DNA of 55,091 nucleotides from a virus (Duplodnaviria; Caudoviricetes): IMG/VR virus record IMGVR_UViG_3300030329_005507, positions 1 to 55,091 of that record; one strand, 5' to 3'. Shown piece by piece: positions 53,796 to 55,091 of this stretch (position 1 is its first letter; each line of letters starts with the position of its first letter). The notes under the pieces were generated by a model. It saw only the letters and a program-made list of their open reading frames with translations, ran no database searches and was not told where the DNA came from. The position numbers and the translations under genes were made by a program.

Positions 53796-54229
53796 ATTTA
53801 GAAGAAAGAGGAAGAAAATATTTTAAAGCATTAGGGATAAATCCTGATACAAAAGGAAGAGCATATGAAGAGAAGTTATTAGATGCAGTTCCTGTTTGCG
53901 AAAAAGGACTTAAAAATGAAGGTTGTGAAATAAGTGTTTATTGTTTTTTATTTTATACTTATGTTGAAGTTAATATGTTAACTTCAGAATGGACTTTTCA
54001 AGGTTCTGCTGGTGGTGTAGGAATTCCTGGTGGGATGGAGTCAGCAGGGGATATTTATTATGACAATATAGATACTCTTTTAAAAGCTACAACTTTTGGT
54101 TTGGCTTTCGTCGCAGCTGATGGTGGTATTGTTCAAGTTACTTGGGGAACAAGTGGTAATGCAACGGCAGCAGCAGTTGGTGAAGGAGCTGGTGTATTTG
54201 CAGGCAGTGGTAGTTGGAAAATGACTTAA
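53792..54229 (+). CDS. Rhodococcus equi VapA/VapB-like beta-barrel protein
   Basis: FQGSAGGVGIPG, GDIYYDNIDTLLKATTF and terminal GVFAGSGSW, in the order and spacing of the Vap core as I recall it. Confidence 0.65.
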   Translation: MNLEERGRKYFKALGINPDTKGRAYEEKLLDAVPVCEKGLKNEGCEISVYCFLFYTYVEVNMLTSEWTFQGSAGGVGIPGGMESAGDIYYDNIDTLLKATTFGLAFVAADGGIVQVTWGTSGNATAAAVGEGAGVFAGSGSWKMT

Positions 54230-54486
54230 TGGCTGAATATAAAGGAAGAAAAGTAACACTTAATAAACCAAGACGAATCGCAAAAGGTGAAACAAGTTAT
54301 GGTAAGAAAAAATCAGTTGTTTATGTTAAAGATGGCGATAGAGTTAAAAGAGTAACATTTGGAGATCCTAATATGAGGATTAAAAAGAATCAAAAAGGTC
54401 GCAGGAGCAATTTCCGTTCTCGCCACAATTGCGATAATCCTGGTCCGAAAACAAAAGCAAGATATTGGTCTTGCAAAGCATGGTGA
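54229..54486 (+). CDS. Basic phage protein
   Basis: Start MAEYKG at 54229; VTFGDPNM, FRSRHNC, ARYWSCKAW. Confidence 0.8.
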   Translation: MAEYKGRKVTLNKPRRIAKGETSYGKKKSVVYVKDGDRVKRVTFGDPNMRIKKNQKGRRSNFRSRHNCDNPGPKTKARYWSCKAW

Positions 54487-54490
54487 TATA

Positions 54491-54670
54491 ATGGCAAAAA
54501 GACCTGGACTATATGCAAACATTCATGCAAAAAGAAAAAGAATTAAAGCTGGCTCTGGTGAAAAAATGCGTAAAAAAGGTGCAAAAGGAGCTCCAGCAAA
54601 AGGAGCATTCAAAGCAATAGCGAAGAAACAAAAACAAAAAAAGAAAAAGGCAAAGAAGAATGGCAAATAA
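54491..54670 (+). CDS. 59-aa basic protein
   Basis: MAKRPGLYANIHAKRKRIKAGSGEKMRKKGAKGAP...*. Confidence 0.8.
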   Translation: MAKRPGLYANIHAKRKRIKAGSGEKMRKKGAKGAPAKGAFKAIAKKQKQKKKKAKKNGK

Positions 54671-54821
54671 AACAGTATCAGCTCCAAAAGGTTTTCATTG
54701 GATGAAAGCAGGAAAAGGTTATAAATTAATGAAAGGTTCTTACAAACCACATACAGGAGCAGTTAAAAAAGCTTCATTTGAAATACAAAAGGTGCATAAA
54801 AATGGCAAGAGCAAAAATTAA
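54660..54821 (+). CDS. 53-aa basic protein
   Basis: MANKTVSAPKGFHWMKAGKGYKLMKGSYKPHTGAVKKASF...*. Confidence 0.75.
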   Translation: MANKTVSAPKGFHWMKAGKGYKLMKGSYKPHTGAVKKASFEIQKVHKNGKSKN

Positions 54822-54993
54822 AAAAGTTGCAGCAGCAGAGATTAGAGCAGCAAAAAAATTTTTGAATAGAAAAGGATTTAAGCAATCAGAGATTCCTCCT
54901 CGTTTATTTGCAATGGCTGCAAAAGAATTGAATAAATCTTTTGGTGAAACATTAACAGTTCTTGCGAGAACACAATCTGGTGGGATGGTATAG
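54802..54993 (+). CDS. 63-aa basic helical protein
   Basis: MARAKIKKVAAAEIRAAKKFL...GGMV*. Confidence 0.7.
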   Translation: MARAKIKKVAAAEIRAAKKFLNRKGFKQSEIPPRLFAMAAKELNKSFGETLTVLARTQSGGMV

Positions 54994-55091
54994 ATGCATG
55001 AATATAGATGTGAGCTCATTAGAGTTATTGATGGAGATACAATAGATGTTAGCATTGATCTTGGCTTTAAGGTCTGGCTCAAAAAAGAAAG
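54994..55091 (+). CDS. 5' part of the SNase-like gene (continues at 238 across the junction)
   Basis: MHEYRCELIRVIDGDT..., near-identical to 140-237. Confidence 0.9.
   Translation, partial: MHEYRCELIRVIDGDTIDVSIDLGFKVWLKKE

Noticed and set aside
161-55014. Prophage, integrase, transposon, intron or intein
   Set aside because: No recombinase, repressor cassette, host flanks or interrupted core genes were recognised; terL, dnaE and the helicases read continuously at ordinary lengths.
55015-55091. Biological direct terminal repeat
   Set aside because: It is exactly 77 nt, falls inside a gene and matches an internal position (161) rather than base 1, which fits an assembler k-mer overlap better.

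Overview
The window looks like an essentially complete, circularly assembled ~54.9 kb lytic tailed-phage genome (P22-type portal/tail, Mu gpT-like capsid). It is AT-rich and probably aquatic, with an alphaproteobacterial host suggested by the AGAAAGGA Shine-Dalgarno motif. The last 77 nt (55015-55091) exactly repeat 161-237, so the circle is 161..55014. Bases 1-160 appear to be a side branch from a related strain and carry the end of an o-spanin-like gene. The + arm (44401 through the junction to 28215) holds early genes, terminase, portal, small basic proteins, lysis/envelope genes, head, tail and ejection proteins. The - arm (28198-44124) holds replication and nucleotide genes: primase, UvrD and SNF2 helicases, DnaE-type Pol III alpha, DEDDh exonuclease, variant ThyX, FAD oxidoreductase, HAD phosphatase and NTP-PPase. 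Highlights: (1) a Rhodococcus VapA-like protein among tiny cationic genes; (2) a candidate non-canonical nucleotide pathway coupled to DnaE; (3) tandem shared-leader, variable-C-terminus genes, one ending in an ADP-ribosyltransferase-like domain; (4) an 18-bp box in promoter spacers in both orientations, also present upstream of terS; (5) a pseudoknotted RNA separated from the capsid gene by an 808-aa insertion; (6) a three-gene exported module behind the endolysin while the circle has no recognisable spanin. All family assignments are from motif recognition by eye; no database searches were run.
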